Source: Octopus sinensis (Eukaryota). Taken from it: 64,000 nt of DNA. A model generated the notes under the pieces. That model did not search any database, was not told where the DNA came from, and saw only the letters and a program-made list of their open reading frames with translations. Positions 1 to 12,829 of this stretch are shown here, one piece after another; position 1 is the stretch's first letter; every line of letters begins with the position of its first letter. Both the position numbers and the translations under genes were made by a program. Location: the NCBI RefSeq assembly GCF_006345805.1, contig NC_042997.1, forward strand, positions 140,244,001-140,308,000. The letters are read 5' to 3'.

Positions 1-136
1 CATTTTGTTCAGCATACTAATTCTGCCAGCTTGCCACCATGTTGCTGTTGTTGTTGTTGTTGCCAGCTCACCATCATGTTGTTGGTTGATGATGATGATG
101 GATGATGATAATGATGATAATAATAAACTACAGTTT

Positions 137-711
137 TTACTCACTTGAGATTTGGCTTTCATTGGGTGTATCATGCCTGGCTAACATTTCATGGTCCAGT
201 TCAGTATTTGACACTGATTGTGACTGATTTGATTCTATAATGTTCTCCACATTATTTGCCTGGTTATTTGCTGACAGCCCAACTGGAGTTGAAGTTAATA
301 CAGTATTTCGGGTCGGAGAAGTGGATGTCAGATTTTCAACAGGTACTGATGATGTTGTACCCGATGTTGCTAGCTGTGAAGCCAGCGATGGATAGATTGT
401 ATTTGTTGGTGAGCTTGTGATAACAGGATTGTTATCTGAAGTGGAATTGTCTGGCTGAGATGATGGAGCTGATGGAGGAGATGGTGGGTCTGATGGCGGA
501 GATTGTGGTGGAGCTGATGAAGCAGTACGTTGTTGCTGTTGATGGTAGTTGTGAGCATGCTGGAACTGCTGATGAAAACGATTGAAGACATCAATACTTT
601 TATGAAAGACAAATAAACCAACTGCCACTGAGAGACTGAAGACAATTGATAATACACCCATAAGAATGAGTACTCCTCCTAAGATGATAGTTGCGAATGT
701 TAGGACAGTAC
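137..711 (-). CDS. LDAF1: Promethin/LDAF1-like, downstream coding exon (second hydrophobic hairpin plus long S/T/P/Q/N-rich tail)
   Basis: tttcag| acceptor at 712-713 in phase 1 continues FLEG-TVLTFATIILGGVLILMGVLSIVFSLSVAVGLFVF; open to TAA at 139-137. Joined protein is 268 aa. Confidence 0.75.
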
Positions 712-1886
712 CTGAAAATTAATAGGAAATAAAATAAAACTGTAATCAGTGAAGCCAAAGTATTTATGTAACAAAGTAGAACAATTTCAAACCATTGTTT
801 AGTAGCTATTCTCTATCTCAAAAAGTAATGTGATAAATATCTCCAAGAGCCACCAAGATTTGTAAAGTAAGTGCTTAGCTCTGGATTCAGTAATGTTAAG
901 TGGATAAGAGAAGAATTTGCCTCTCAATAAAATAGCAGTGGATAAATAGGTAAAGTTCCTGTAAAACATGGTACATATTCCTGCCTGCTATATGAACTGA
1001 ATCATATTGAAGTAATTATCTCACACAGATATCTACCACAATATCTTCAGTGGAAACGAACAAACAGATGGTATGGTATGATATCTTATCTATTCAGAAG
1101 TAACACCCCTAGTAAGTAGAAATCTAATTTCAAATCTTAAAACAAATGTTTATTTTGCTTACTTTCATTGATCATGCAACATAATCACAATATTTCACTT
1201 TTATACTTCAGTTCACAATTTACAAGAATTTAAAACAGAAACTCTCTTTAGTAATGATTATAGTTAGCTTGAACAATTAGCATCAATACAGATTTCATAA
1301 CATAAGATTTAAAAGCAGCATATCTAAGATAACCTAGCAGTCTACATTCAATGATCCCATGTACCATGCCTTTTTCAGATTTAGCAAAATTGGGATAATT
1401 TTCTATCATAACTTTTGATTTTAAAATATAAAAATTAAATTTTAATTTCAATAAATAAAATACACAAGCAGGAATGTTTATGAAACCTAAAACTAGATTC
1501 CTTTGAGCACAAAATTAACTAAAAGATTAACAGTATATTGTGTGTAAGAGGGTGAAAGTTCATTACATTTACATGTTTGGAAATGTAAACTATATTAGAA
1601 ATTTCTAGAACTGTATCTGAACCTATGTGATAAATGCTAAAAGCCATAATATACTTCTGAATTATTTAAAAGATATGATTTCAAAGGACTAAATTTAGTA
1701 TGTAATCTGGCAGCTATATCTAATAAGATACTGCTGCCTATACAACAAACAGAGAAAATGATGTTTTTACATAATATTCTGTCTGCAACCATTATACTTA
1801 TCAATCTGAATAATTTCAATACTATCTGAAAAAAGTTACTTGAACAAAATCAGATGATATCATCTGTGCACAATCACATGCAATAC

Positions 1887-2021
1887 CTGCTTGTGATTCA
1901 TTGAATCCTGTGCTGATGTTTTGTTCAGGATTGTCACTTGACATGGCTTGAGGACATCTGGTCAGCAATTGGAACTGTTCCATTAAATATCGTTCCAGAG
2001 AAGAAATGCTGTATTCAGAGC
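1887..2021 (-). CDS. Candidate in-frame cassette exon of the LDAF1-like gene (45 codons)
   Basis: ctcacag| ... G|gtattg, 135 nt, phase 1/1 matching the host intron, no stop (SEYSISSLERYLMEQFQLLTRCPQAMSSDNPEQNISTGFNESQAG); visibly less AT-rich than its flanks. Confidence 0.35.
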
Positions 2022-3118
2022 CTGTGAGTCATAGTGTAGAAGGGAGTAGAGTTAGGAGAAAGTCAAATTAATTCAGTGCAGTTAAATCCTAAGTTAAAAC
2101 AGAGGAGAAATTATTCTTAGACAGTGCCAAAATAAAGTGGTGAAACAACAGAAAAAAAATAAGGCTCATTATCTATGACAACTTAAAGGCACAAACTAGT
2201 GTATTTATATACGTAGTCTTTATCAACTTATTAACTGTTGGATATAATTTCTGTTATATCCCCTATTTCTGGGATGAGGTTTCATTAATATAAAATATAT
2301 ATTACACTTTTCTTCAAAACCTCTTTTGATTGACTGTCTCAGGAATAGTTAAATCACTGGCTATCTTCATATTGTTTATAAGACAAAACTAATAACTACT
2401 CAGTGAGAATGATTTAGGTATATAGTACATACTAGTCATAATAGCACATCACCTGGAGGCAACTAAAGATTCAATAAGTTACAGTTTGGAAAAGCAAATA
2501 ATTCTGAAACATCATGCAACAAAATGTAACTATAACATTAATATTATTTTTATGACTCATATCCTTACAGAAGATATTTCTTTTTTTTTTTATTAGAGGA
2601 GGAAGAGCAGCACTATGAGAATTTTACTGTAAAGCCTTTGAGACAGGTAGGAGGTAAGTATAGAAGTAACAAAGTCTCATCAACTGCTAAAGTATTAATC
2701 TATCCTCAAACCTCATTCAAATACTTGTAACTGAACTCATTCTGCCTTCCAAAGGCTACATGTGGAAATAGAATAGTTTTCCTCATTATTGATACAATAT
2801 CAGGTTTACATTGCAGTTGAACATATTTGTACAACAGCAAATTTTTATCATTTCACTGAATGATGTTTGAAATATTTCTTTATGAGTCATTCATTCATTT
2901 TAATGTAAAAGGATTCAATTGCAGTATTGTGTATGATAAAGCCATTTGATATTTTCCTGTTAGCTTGGGGTCTCATTTCACTGTCATTCTTTCTCTTTTA
3001 TCATCTGTTCAGCCACAAGGCAAGTATGGGGTGATGAAATTCAGAGCCTTGCCCTCAACACAATATAATACAACACTGTGCCAGCAGATATACAAATTCA
3101 CAAGTCTTCAGCCTAGAG

Positions 3119-3415
3119 CAGTGATTCTCAATCTTTTGTAATTTCATGGCAGACAGAAGATCAAATAAAATTATTGGTGCACTTTGAGCATTAAAAAAAT
3201 GAAAAATAAAAAATTAGATTTTAACATGAAATATTTAGAATATACACAAAACAATTGTGTTATTTAATCACTCATACTAATACATAACAAAATTATGAAT
3301 CACATTACAATGGATTTAGCAAAGCTTTAAACCATATTTGAGAAAAATCTTTGGTACACCTAGGTATCTGTTGTGATCCATCAGTGTGCCATGATGTACC
3401 ATTTCAGAATCACTG
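3119..3415. mobile_element. hAT/Charlie-type MITE
   Basis: Termini CAGTGATTCT...AGAATCACTG; 8-bp flanks gcctagag / gtctaaag match 6/8 and fit the NTCTAGAN hAT-Charlie target consensus. Confidence 0.7.
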
Positions 3416-3560
3416 GTCTAAAGGCTTACCTAATTAGAGTAATTCATTGTACAAAAGCAAGCATCACAGTTGCTAAACATGCATCAATCTAGACATTGCT
3501 TTCTAAAAAAAAGATATTACATGATTTGAATAAAAATGAAGGAATGTTAAAGATACTTAC

Positions 3561-3792
3561 CTTCAAGAAACATAAACCCACCAAATGTAAGGAAAATACT
3601 GAAAAGTGTAAAGGCAAAGAAACAGGCAACAGGCACACTGCATAATACAATAGTAAAAATTCCAAACATTGTGATGAAAGGATGGTTGGCTGCAAATGTT
3701 TTTAGCTTCTCCAAGCGGTTAGTAAGGTCAAAGTTTTCAACCAGATCTTGATAGATGTGGGAGAGAATTGTGCTGAAGCTTTCATTCTCCAT
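3561..3792 (-). CDS. LDAF1: Promethin / lipid droplet assembly factor 1 (TMEM159)-like, first coding exon
   Basis: MENESFST...FAANHPFITMFGIFTIVLCSVPVACFFAFTLFSIFLTFGGFMFLEG resembles the promethin hairpin (HPF...PV..F..F...F.EG). Acceptor at 3830-3831, in-frame stop 7 codons upstream of the ATG, donor GAAG|gtaagt. Family recognised from memory, not from a search. Confidence 0.75.
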
Positions 3793-4599
3793 TTTCAGCT
3801 GTTGGATGGATTACTTGCAGGTACTTTAACTGTAAAAGAATGGAATATTTGAGTATGTGTAGGTCTGTATTTATGTGTATCTTTGTGTGAATGTGTGTTT
3901 ATGTATGTGTGTATACACACACACAGACACACATGCACACACACACACACACACATTACATGTCATACAAATTGAGACATGATAAAATTATGGATGAAGA
4001 TCTGTGTCTTGTACTATAATTAGACCAACGACATTACAATCAGAATATTATAGATAAATAAAAGTATTGATTGTCTGAAATCAAGTGTTACTAATTACTG
4101 CCAACAATGTGCTATGACTAACGATACACCAGCAATCTAAGTGGGCTAGTTAAATGCTATTTCTAGAAGATAAGTTTCTATGGTCACATACCTGTTTAAT
4201 TAAGATAGGTTAGAATATTTATAAAGCATGTTATCTTGAAATTGTGCTAGATTTAAGCAATAAAGTTGCTCAAGACGATTTGTTCTAGATGCTGAACATC
4301 CTCAAAGTACATGTCAATTTTGTTTAATATTCAAAGATCAAATTCCTTTCCAGCTAGTATATAGACATATCATTCATTTATCTTGGACTGGATAGGCTTA
4401 AGTTATCCAAAATACACTGCAGTGAGATGAAGTTTTGGTAGAACTCCAATGCATCTATGGGACTCATGTGTCTATAAATTATCTGTAAGGTTAATATGTA
4501 TAATAAACAGAATCTGCTATTTCTCAAAAAAGAGTACTATAAGGATACATCTACTCACCCCTAAACTATATCTTATTACCCTTCCCACACCTCAATACA

Positions 4600-4980
4600 G
4601 GTCCCGGCAATAATATCGAAGCCACTGGAAAACCATGGATTTGTTTGGGAAATTAGCTTTAATCAAGGAAAAGGGAGCCAAGGTGGGGAAGGGTACAGGA
4701 AGATGAAGGTAGGAAGGAAAACATAAAGTGGTAAAAGATGAGGACGGAAGTGGAAGGAATAAAGAAAGTTTAAAGGTAAACAACGTCAAATGCCTGTGCA
4801 TACATCAGGTTCTAAATAGGTGATGATAATGTTTTGAAGTTGCATGATAGGTACTTCTTAAAATGCCTGAATTTCCTGAATACCTCTGATCTTGTGTTTA
4901 AAAGAGGGTTTGGTTATGAATGTTTTGAGGAATTTCCTCTTCTCTGCCTTGCACACATCACATCTTTTCTTGATAACATC
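4600..4980 (-). mobile_element. Possible decayed Penelope-like (GIY-YIG) remnant
   Basis: Broken reading frame with CNFKTLSSPI*NLMY, loosely like the C..TNLIY segment of PLE endonucleases; weak. Confidence 0.25.
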
Positions 4981-5009
4981 TTAGAAAGGTCCAAGGCAGT
5001 GAGCTGGCA

Positions 5010-5420
5010 AAATCATTACTGTATCAGGAAAAATGCTTAGTGACATTTCATCCAATTTTACCTTCTGAGTTCAAATGCTACAAGGGTCAACTTTGCCTTT
5101 CATCTTTTCAGGATCGATAAAATAAGTACTACTTGAAAACTGAAGTCAATGTGGTTGACTTGACCCCTGCCTCAAAATTGCTGGCCTTGTGCCAAAATTT
5201 GAAACCTAAGTCAGCAAGCTGGCAAAATCATTAGCATTTTGGGCAAAATGCTTAGTGGCATTTTGTGTGTTGCAACGTTTTGAGTTCAAATTTTGTTGAG
5301 GCAGACTTTACCTTTCATTCTTTCAGGGTTAATAAAATTAATACCAGTTCAGCATTAGGGTTGATATAAATAACTTATCCCACTCCCAAAATTGCTGGCC
5401 TTGTGCCAAAATTTGAAACC
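5010..5420 (+). mobile_element. Two degenerate tandem copies of SINE family B
   Basis: gagctggcaaaatcatta ... ctgagttcaaat ... ctttgcctttcatc ... gctggccttgtgccaaaatttgaaacc occurs twice. Confidence 0.7.
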
Positions 5421-5591
5421 AATACCTTAGAAAGGTCCAGATCCAATATGGTATAAAGGAAACCAATCACATTTCTTTTAAGCAAGTCATAGTGAAAATG
5501 AGAACAACATATATTGGGATTGAAAATATAAAAGAATGTTGAAAATTTCCCTCCAAACTGATACAAAGACACACACATACATAGATTTACC

Positions 5592-5644
<53 letters not shown>

Positions 5645-7119
5645 TATATATATATACATACATATGATGGGATTCCACAGTTTGTTTACTAATTTCACTC
5701 ACAAAGCATTGGTTGGTCCAGAGTTATAGTAGAAGACACTTGCCCACAGTACTGTGCAGTGGGACTGAACCCAAAAACATGTGGTTGCAAAGCAAGCTTC
5801 TTAACCACACAGCCATGCCTGCACTTATGAAAAAGTAAGAATATGGCAGTGTCTAAAACTAGAGGAGGGAAAGATGAGAACAGAGTAAAAAAATACCTGA
5901 AAAAAAGAGTAAGCCTAATAAAATATGAGAATAAATTAGATGAGCAATTGGCTGGAAATGTGACAGTGAGCAATGCATAATGGCACAGGGTAAAGTTCTC
6001 AAGAGTAGTAAGATTATTAACCAGGGGTCAACTAGTAATGTATGCATAAAGCATACTGTTAAGATAAATATATTAATAGTGAAATCAATGATAGATAATG
6101 AAAAGAAAGTTTACTAAAGCAGGTGATTAAGGCATCTATAAATAAAGTATGAATAATAACAATAATTGTTTCTGACACAAGGCCAGTATATCCTATACAC
6201 ACAGACAAATGTATTTTGTGATAGGATATAATCATAGCCATCACTTACAGGCGAGTTTGACCTGATAGGATGTGCCACACTTTTGCTAGTTGTTTTATGT
6301 ATGCATGTAGTTGTGAGCAGACATAGAAACTCCTTCAGTTCTTCCACTTTCGACTTAGTGGGAAATCCAGTATGTGACAGCTGGAGAGAGTGGGGAGGCT
6401 GTATAAAAAATTTTTTTTAATGGTTTGTACTCATTTTTCAGCTGTGTTGTTTTCCAAACATAAGTTAATTAAGGGATATTTAACATGTAATGAGAAATTA
6501 CAATTGTAGTAACTGCTGTAAGTTGGCCAACCAAGGTAGAATGAACCATTTTAGGAGCAATAATGGGGTATATCCAATAGATTTAATAGAAGAATCAATA
6601 AAAGGGGAGAAAGAAAAACCTTAAAGAAGTCAAATCTGAAACTAAAACTACAAGCAAAAACACTCCAACCATGACAATCCAGTTCTTTCTTTCCATCATA
6701 ATCTATCCTAGGATACATTTTTTAAATATGCTTTTAGTTACAATGGTAAGGTATGGTATAAGAGAGATTTGGCACTATTGTTAGCAAGTTGAGCCAATGT
6801 CCTCATTTGGTTGGATGTGGTTGTTAGGAACCTACCATGTGGTTAACTTTTTGTTTTTCTTTTACAAGGTATCAAAAGAAATAGATTAAAAAGGCAAGAC
6901 TCTTCTATTTCATTTAAAGAATTCTATAAGCAAACAACTTTTGAACAGATTTGATCAAGTGGATTATCTTTCTCAAAATGAAGAGACCAAACTTGAAAGA
7001 CATTTTCTAATATGGATTGAACATTTTTACCAAGAACTTCTGATCTGAAACTGTCATGATATTGGAGTTGGGTTTCAAAGTCATGAGAAAATAGTGAAAA
7101 CAATCAAAGAATTTATAAA

Positions 7120-7488
7120 CAAGAGTACTCAGAGAGAGCAAACCACCGCCAAGGTAACACCAATGTCCTCTCAATGATTAGCCGGAGATGATTTTTAAAA
7201 TAAGAATATCTGAAATAAACTTGACTGCTCTCACAAATGAGAATACTAAAAATTAACCTGACCGCTCTCAAAAATTAAGTAAAAAAAAAAAAAAATGGAA
7301 AAATAATGCAGAATCCTTGTTCAATACCAGACTGATCTCAAGATCTAATCAGTTTGTGCCAGCTACAAGGCCAAATATCTCCGAAAGTTTCATCTAAATC
7401 CATCCAGTGGTTCTTGAGATATCTTGTCCAAGCAAACAAACAAACACGACTGAAAACAATACCTCCACCTTCACTAAGGCAGAAGTAA
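7120..7488 (+). mobile_element. Helentron-associated/DINE-like non-autonomous element
   Basis: aaagtttcatctaaatccatccagtggttcttgagatatc block followed by a terminal palindrome cctccaccttcactaaggcagaag-taat. Confidence 0.4.
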
Positions 7489-8484
7489 TAAAGAAAATGA
7501 AACTACTCTAGTCAACTGCAAAAACAATTTACAAACATTTTAATAGGATCCTTTTCTCAGCTAAACATAACCTACATTTTCTGCTGTGATTAAAATAAGG
7601 CTTGCATTCCTCTAAGATTTTCCACTTGATGTACAATTCTCAGAGCATCAGCAGATTTACCTAAACTGCAGGAACAAAATTTTCAGCCCATACCCACATG
7701 AGAAGATATATATATTATTTTATGTACAGGTCCCACCATGATTATAATCACTAGGTTCTCAACCTCTGGCTCTTCCAACATCACACTCTGAAAATCCAGC
7801 AAAGTCTTTAACCAAAACATACATCAATATACAGACATACATGTGCAACCAAACACAGGCTTAAAAGTTTGGACACCAACTCCTGCAAAAAAAAACCCTC
7901 CCAACATATATATATACCAACCCCTCTCATCCCACTGCATATATTTTCACCCACTGGACTCTTGCTGCTTTACAGTCACTTCAGATTCTTTAGAAGCCAA
8001 GAAATATAACCCTTGATAAACCCCTTGCCTATTAGCCTCCTGCTACTGTGTTTCATCTTTCTTCACAATGACCACAAGTCCGATGCAACATTTTTTCACC
8101 TCCAGTAACAGAGAGCAGTTACCATATTTTTTCCATACCTGCCACCTCTGAAGAGAATATGGTGTTAGTTAACACTCTGCTCTTTAATATCTGATTATCC
8201 GATACCAGTGTGAAACTGATTGGTAAGATTGGCTGAAATCTATAATACTGTATACTTTCATTGATATATCCATTCTACTGAGAAATATATGGGTGCATAT
8301 TTTTCTGAATTATGGATTCTTGGACGACACACATATTTAATATAAAGAAAGTTGCATTCCAGTGGTTACGACCCTTATAATAAACAGTAAGCTAGTATTA
8401 TCAACAAATATAACTTTTATTATTTTGAGCAAGTCATTTATACACACACACAAGCATATATTTATATATTGTTTCAACTATTAG

Positions 8485-9200
8485 ACCACGTTTGGATGGT
8501 GGTTTTTACATGTCACTGGCATGGGGAGCCAGTCAGGTGGATCTGGCAGTGACCCACGTATGAATGGTGCTTACTGCATGCTACCAGCACTGGTAATGGC
8601 CACAACTACAATTTCCATTTGATTTTGATTGACTTGACTCAATAGGTCTCCTCAAGCACAGCATGTCACCCGACAATTCAAAGGTACTTTTTAAATGGGC
8701 TGATTATGCGACGCTGGTGTAGGCTATGGCTGTGATCACACTTTCCTTGCTGGGTCTTCTCAATCACAGCATATCTCCAGAGGTCTCGGTCATTTGTAAT
8801 TGCCTCTGAGGCCCAACGTGCGATGGTCATGCTTCACCACTTCATCCCATGCTTTCCTGGGTTTCTCTTTTCCATGGGTTCCTCCCACTGTTAGGGAGTG
8901 ACACTTCACACAGCTCTCCTCATCCATACATAGCACATGACCGTACCAGCACAGTCGTCTCTCTTGCACACCACATCTGATGTTTCTTATGTCCAACATT
9001 TCTCTCAGGGTGCTTACACTCTGTCGTGTGTTCAGACTGACATTACAACACATCCAGCGGATCATACTAGCTTCATTTCCTTCGAGCCTATGAATGTCTT
9101 CAGCAGTCACGGCACATGTTTCACTGCCATGTAGCGTGACAGTTGGCACACATGCAATCGGTCTTTTTTGCCAGACCGGTAAGTTACGGGGACCAACACT
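8485..9200 (-). mobile_element. Degenerate 5'-truncated RTE LINE fragment
   Basis: ORF 8790-9209 (LHGSETCAVTAED...GVQERRLCWYGHV) is homologous to the C-terminus of the 13597-15003 RTE ORF. Confidence 0.9.
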
Positions 9201-11689
9201 AGTATACACTAAGCACCTCTATCGCAACGGAATGAGATAGTGAAAATAAGATAATTTGTTGAAAAATTACTGTTTCAGTACATGCCATTTAAAACATTTG
9301 CGAGAGCTGAGGTGCCGCACGTTCGCGAGGGTGTTTGGCTGTTCCAGTATTTCAACCTCGCTATCAGACATGGTACAGTGTTTTGGGTTATCTCAAAAAC
9401 TTTTTTGAAAATATCATTATTCCCTGGTGCGATGTAAAACAAGGAGGGGGCTGTGCCCGCCTTCTTATTTTATTTACTTTTCTTTTTACACAATTTTTTG
9501 GGGGCATTTTTCTTACTTTTTCTACGGAAATGTATCGTGTTCTTCGATAAATAACTCGTGATTTATTTTTAAAGTTTTGGGAAATCCCTGAAATCACATT
9601 AAATTTTTATAACACTTTGTTCCCCACCTAACGTTTACGCTCTGATTACAAAGATTCCAAATATTTTACCGGAAATAAATGAAACGATAAATGAATTTCA
9701 TCATTTCGCTGCAATATGTACCAAATCAATCTGGTGGTGTAACCTTTGTTAAAAATATATTTCATACAATAACAATCTTTAAAAAAAGTAATAAAAATGT
9801 ATCTTTGAAGTATTGTTTGTTTTTCTTCAGAAGAATTAATGGCGTTCGTGTTTGTATTGTAGATGTTACTCAGATTAGTTTAATTTTCTTTTAATTTTGT
9901 GGCCGTAATATGCAAGAAAGGCTGCCGATTGCCAGAACAAATACGAGATAGTCACGCCTGGAAAGCTTTTGGTCAAATAGTTTGTTCGATTATTGACTAA
10001 CATCAATAAAATATCTATCCCGTTACCCAAAAGTCTGCATTATGTACGCAGCAACAATAGGAAATAAACAACGACGCAATTTAATTGAAAACAATTGTTC
10101 CTAAATCAACCTGTATTAAGTAGTACTATTTGCACTTTTCTTAATTATGACATATCATTATCAACAAAGGAACAGTTAATTTCTGTTTAAGAATATATAT
10201 TTTAACGGTAGTAAGATTATTTTGATTAAATGTATGAAGGAAAGTGTATTTTAAATAGGATCCAAGAACTATTTGTGTACTTCTGTTATCAGAAAATCAA
10301 AATACATAATTTATCTCAATTTACGTTGAAAACAATAGGAAAATACCCCGAGACCCTCACCCATGTGTCAAATATATATAAGGCGAGCTTATCAAATAAT
10401 ACCTATATATTTATCAAATAAGAGATACGATGCCTATAAACATCTGCAATCCACCTCTGCTCTTCAAATTCAAATAAAATGTCTGCGTCTCTCGGCGACT
10501 ATTAATTAAAAGGAGGCTTCTATGGGGTCGCTCGACTTGCTAATAGACCCAAATTATTCCTCTTATACCATATCGTCTGAAACAAAACATGAGTTACAGT
10601 ATACCAAGGGCTATATTATCCAATGCTCCGACATAAGATGGATGGCTACGGCTGGAATGCCTCTGATCTTAGATCAGCTCCATTAGTGTTGACTTGCGAC
10701 AAAAAAAAACGTCCATTGTTTTCATGAAGTAACACTACAGAATTTAGATGGCAAATATAGGTGATGTAGTGTTTATTATTAACACAGTACAATTTCCTAC
10801 CGCGATGCTCATACACAAACACACATATACAGAGCAGAGTAAACAGATACACAAACATGCGGAGCTGAGTAGACATGTGTAAACAAGTTTTATTATTAAA
10901 GTACAATTCCGCCGATGTCGACCTTGATTTTCATCCTTTTGGGGGGTCGAAAAAATAAGTACTAGTTGAGCATTGGAGTCGATGTAATCGACTTATAGAC
11001 ACCCCCAATATTTCAGGCTCTGTGCCTATAAGAGAAAAGATTATTCTCATCATTACGGTACAACGAGCAATAAAATGTCCAGATAATAGGTAACATAAAA
11101 AAAAAACAAAAAAAAGATATAGATAACTCACGATAAAAGCAATTCAGATATAATATTATTACTGAATTGAAATTTCGACGTTGGTAAACGATAATTTATA
11201 AAGCTGCTCCTGATCCAAAAGTGAAGTTAATTAATTCTACAAGATGTGAAAGTCGCTATTCAAGGCAATGTGTCGTAGTTTTCACAACACAGATTAAGAA
11301 AGAAAACAAAAGCAGTAACTTAGAAACGCAGCGGAGGAAAGTAAAAATGGCCTATCTCTTTTGTTTTATAGATAAACTTAAGTCCTTCAACTGTTGAAGA
11401 AGCCTGCTTTTGTTTTGATTACAGGCCACAAACAATTGTTGAATTATTATTAAAGAACACAAGACAGATCGGGCTTTTTTTCATGTCTAAAGCTTCAGTA
11501 GTTTAATACTCTAACCTAGTCTTGTTCTTTAACTACAGAGTTAAACGTCTATTCCAAGGACAATATTGCATTGGACATTTTATTATTTGTTTTTATTACT
11601 GTAGTTACAAACTACTATAGAAATTGGTTCTTTTTTTAATTATTAATATTTTTTAAATTGTGTTCCAATATTAAAAATATTAATCACTT

Positions 11690-12140
11690 ACCTAATGTTT
11701 TCTTTTTCTTTTTTTTTTTAAATTCGTTCAAAATGATTCTTCACAGATGTTGCGGAAGGTTCCTAATAAAAACTAATAATTTCTACGAAAAACTAAATCG
11801 CTAAATTAATAATTCGAGAATTCGTTTATAATTTAAACGACATATGTCTATAATCTACTTTATAAACGTTTCGTGGAAAATAGTAGAAATTTAGTCTTTA
11901 GTCATTGATAAATCTTCGCTAAAGACGTTTGAATGCAATTTGGAAACTCCGAACAAAAAACTTTATATTTTTGATTTATTTATCTTCCTATTTTTGTTTT
12001 AGTTATTGGACTGCCGCCATGTTATTGCTCTTGGGCATTACCTTAAAGAATTTAGTTAGGAAAATCAACTCCCAGAACTTATTTTCAAAGTCTGGTACTT
12101 GTTCTGTCGGTTTCTGTTGCCGAACCGTTACGGGTGCGTA
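11690..12140 (-). promoter_or_regulatory. Candidate promoter / first non-coding exon region of the LDAF1-like gene
   Basis: Locally CpG-rich. YY1-like AACATGGCGGC on the minus strand near 12015-12025; donor-like ag|gtaatg (~12042) and ag|gtaagt (~11691). Assignment is inference. Confidence 0.3.
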
Positions 12141-12199
12141 AGCAAATCAATACCACTTGTCATGCGATAGTGGGAGACAACTACAATACATACACACTC

Positions 12200-12254
<55 letters not shown>

Positions 12255-12829
12255 TAAATTTGGACACAGGCGATTATTTCTTGTCTTGAGATTCACAGTC
12301 AAACGGCTGGGTGGAATTGCGCGAAAAATTACACAGATGTATATACTGATCCGGTGGTGATGCTGGGCTTTTTTTTTGTTTTCATAGCTCCCATGGTTAC
12401 CGAGATAATCTACTATAATAATACTCTTGTGTTTATGAATGAGAAAGGAAGGAAGGTGGGGTGATGTCATACTTGGTAGTGGGATGATGAAAATTGTACG
12501 CTGAAACAAATAAATCAAACAGCATTTCAACTCTGTGAATATATGTGCGTGTTTGTAAAAGGAGGTATGTGAATGTATGTGTGTGTGCCTAGTACTTATT
12601 CTGTGAGTGACTTGCTGAACCACTAAGTTACCTAGATGTCAAGCAGTGGTGGGGGACAAACACAGACAAAATGACACACACATATACGACGGGCTTCTTT
12701 CAGTTTCCATCTACCAAATCCATTCGCAAGGCTTTGGTTAGCTCAAGGCTATAATAGAAGACACTTGCGCAAGGTGCCAAGCAGTGGGACTAAACCCTGA
12801 ACTACGCCTGTGCATATATATATATATAT

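Noticed and set aside
6860-7110. Possible Tc1-like transposase C-terminal remnant
   Set aside because: Only a vague resemblance to the SPDLNP motif; too decayed to support.
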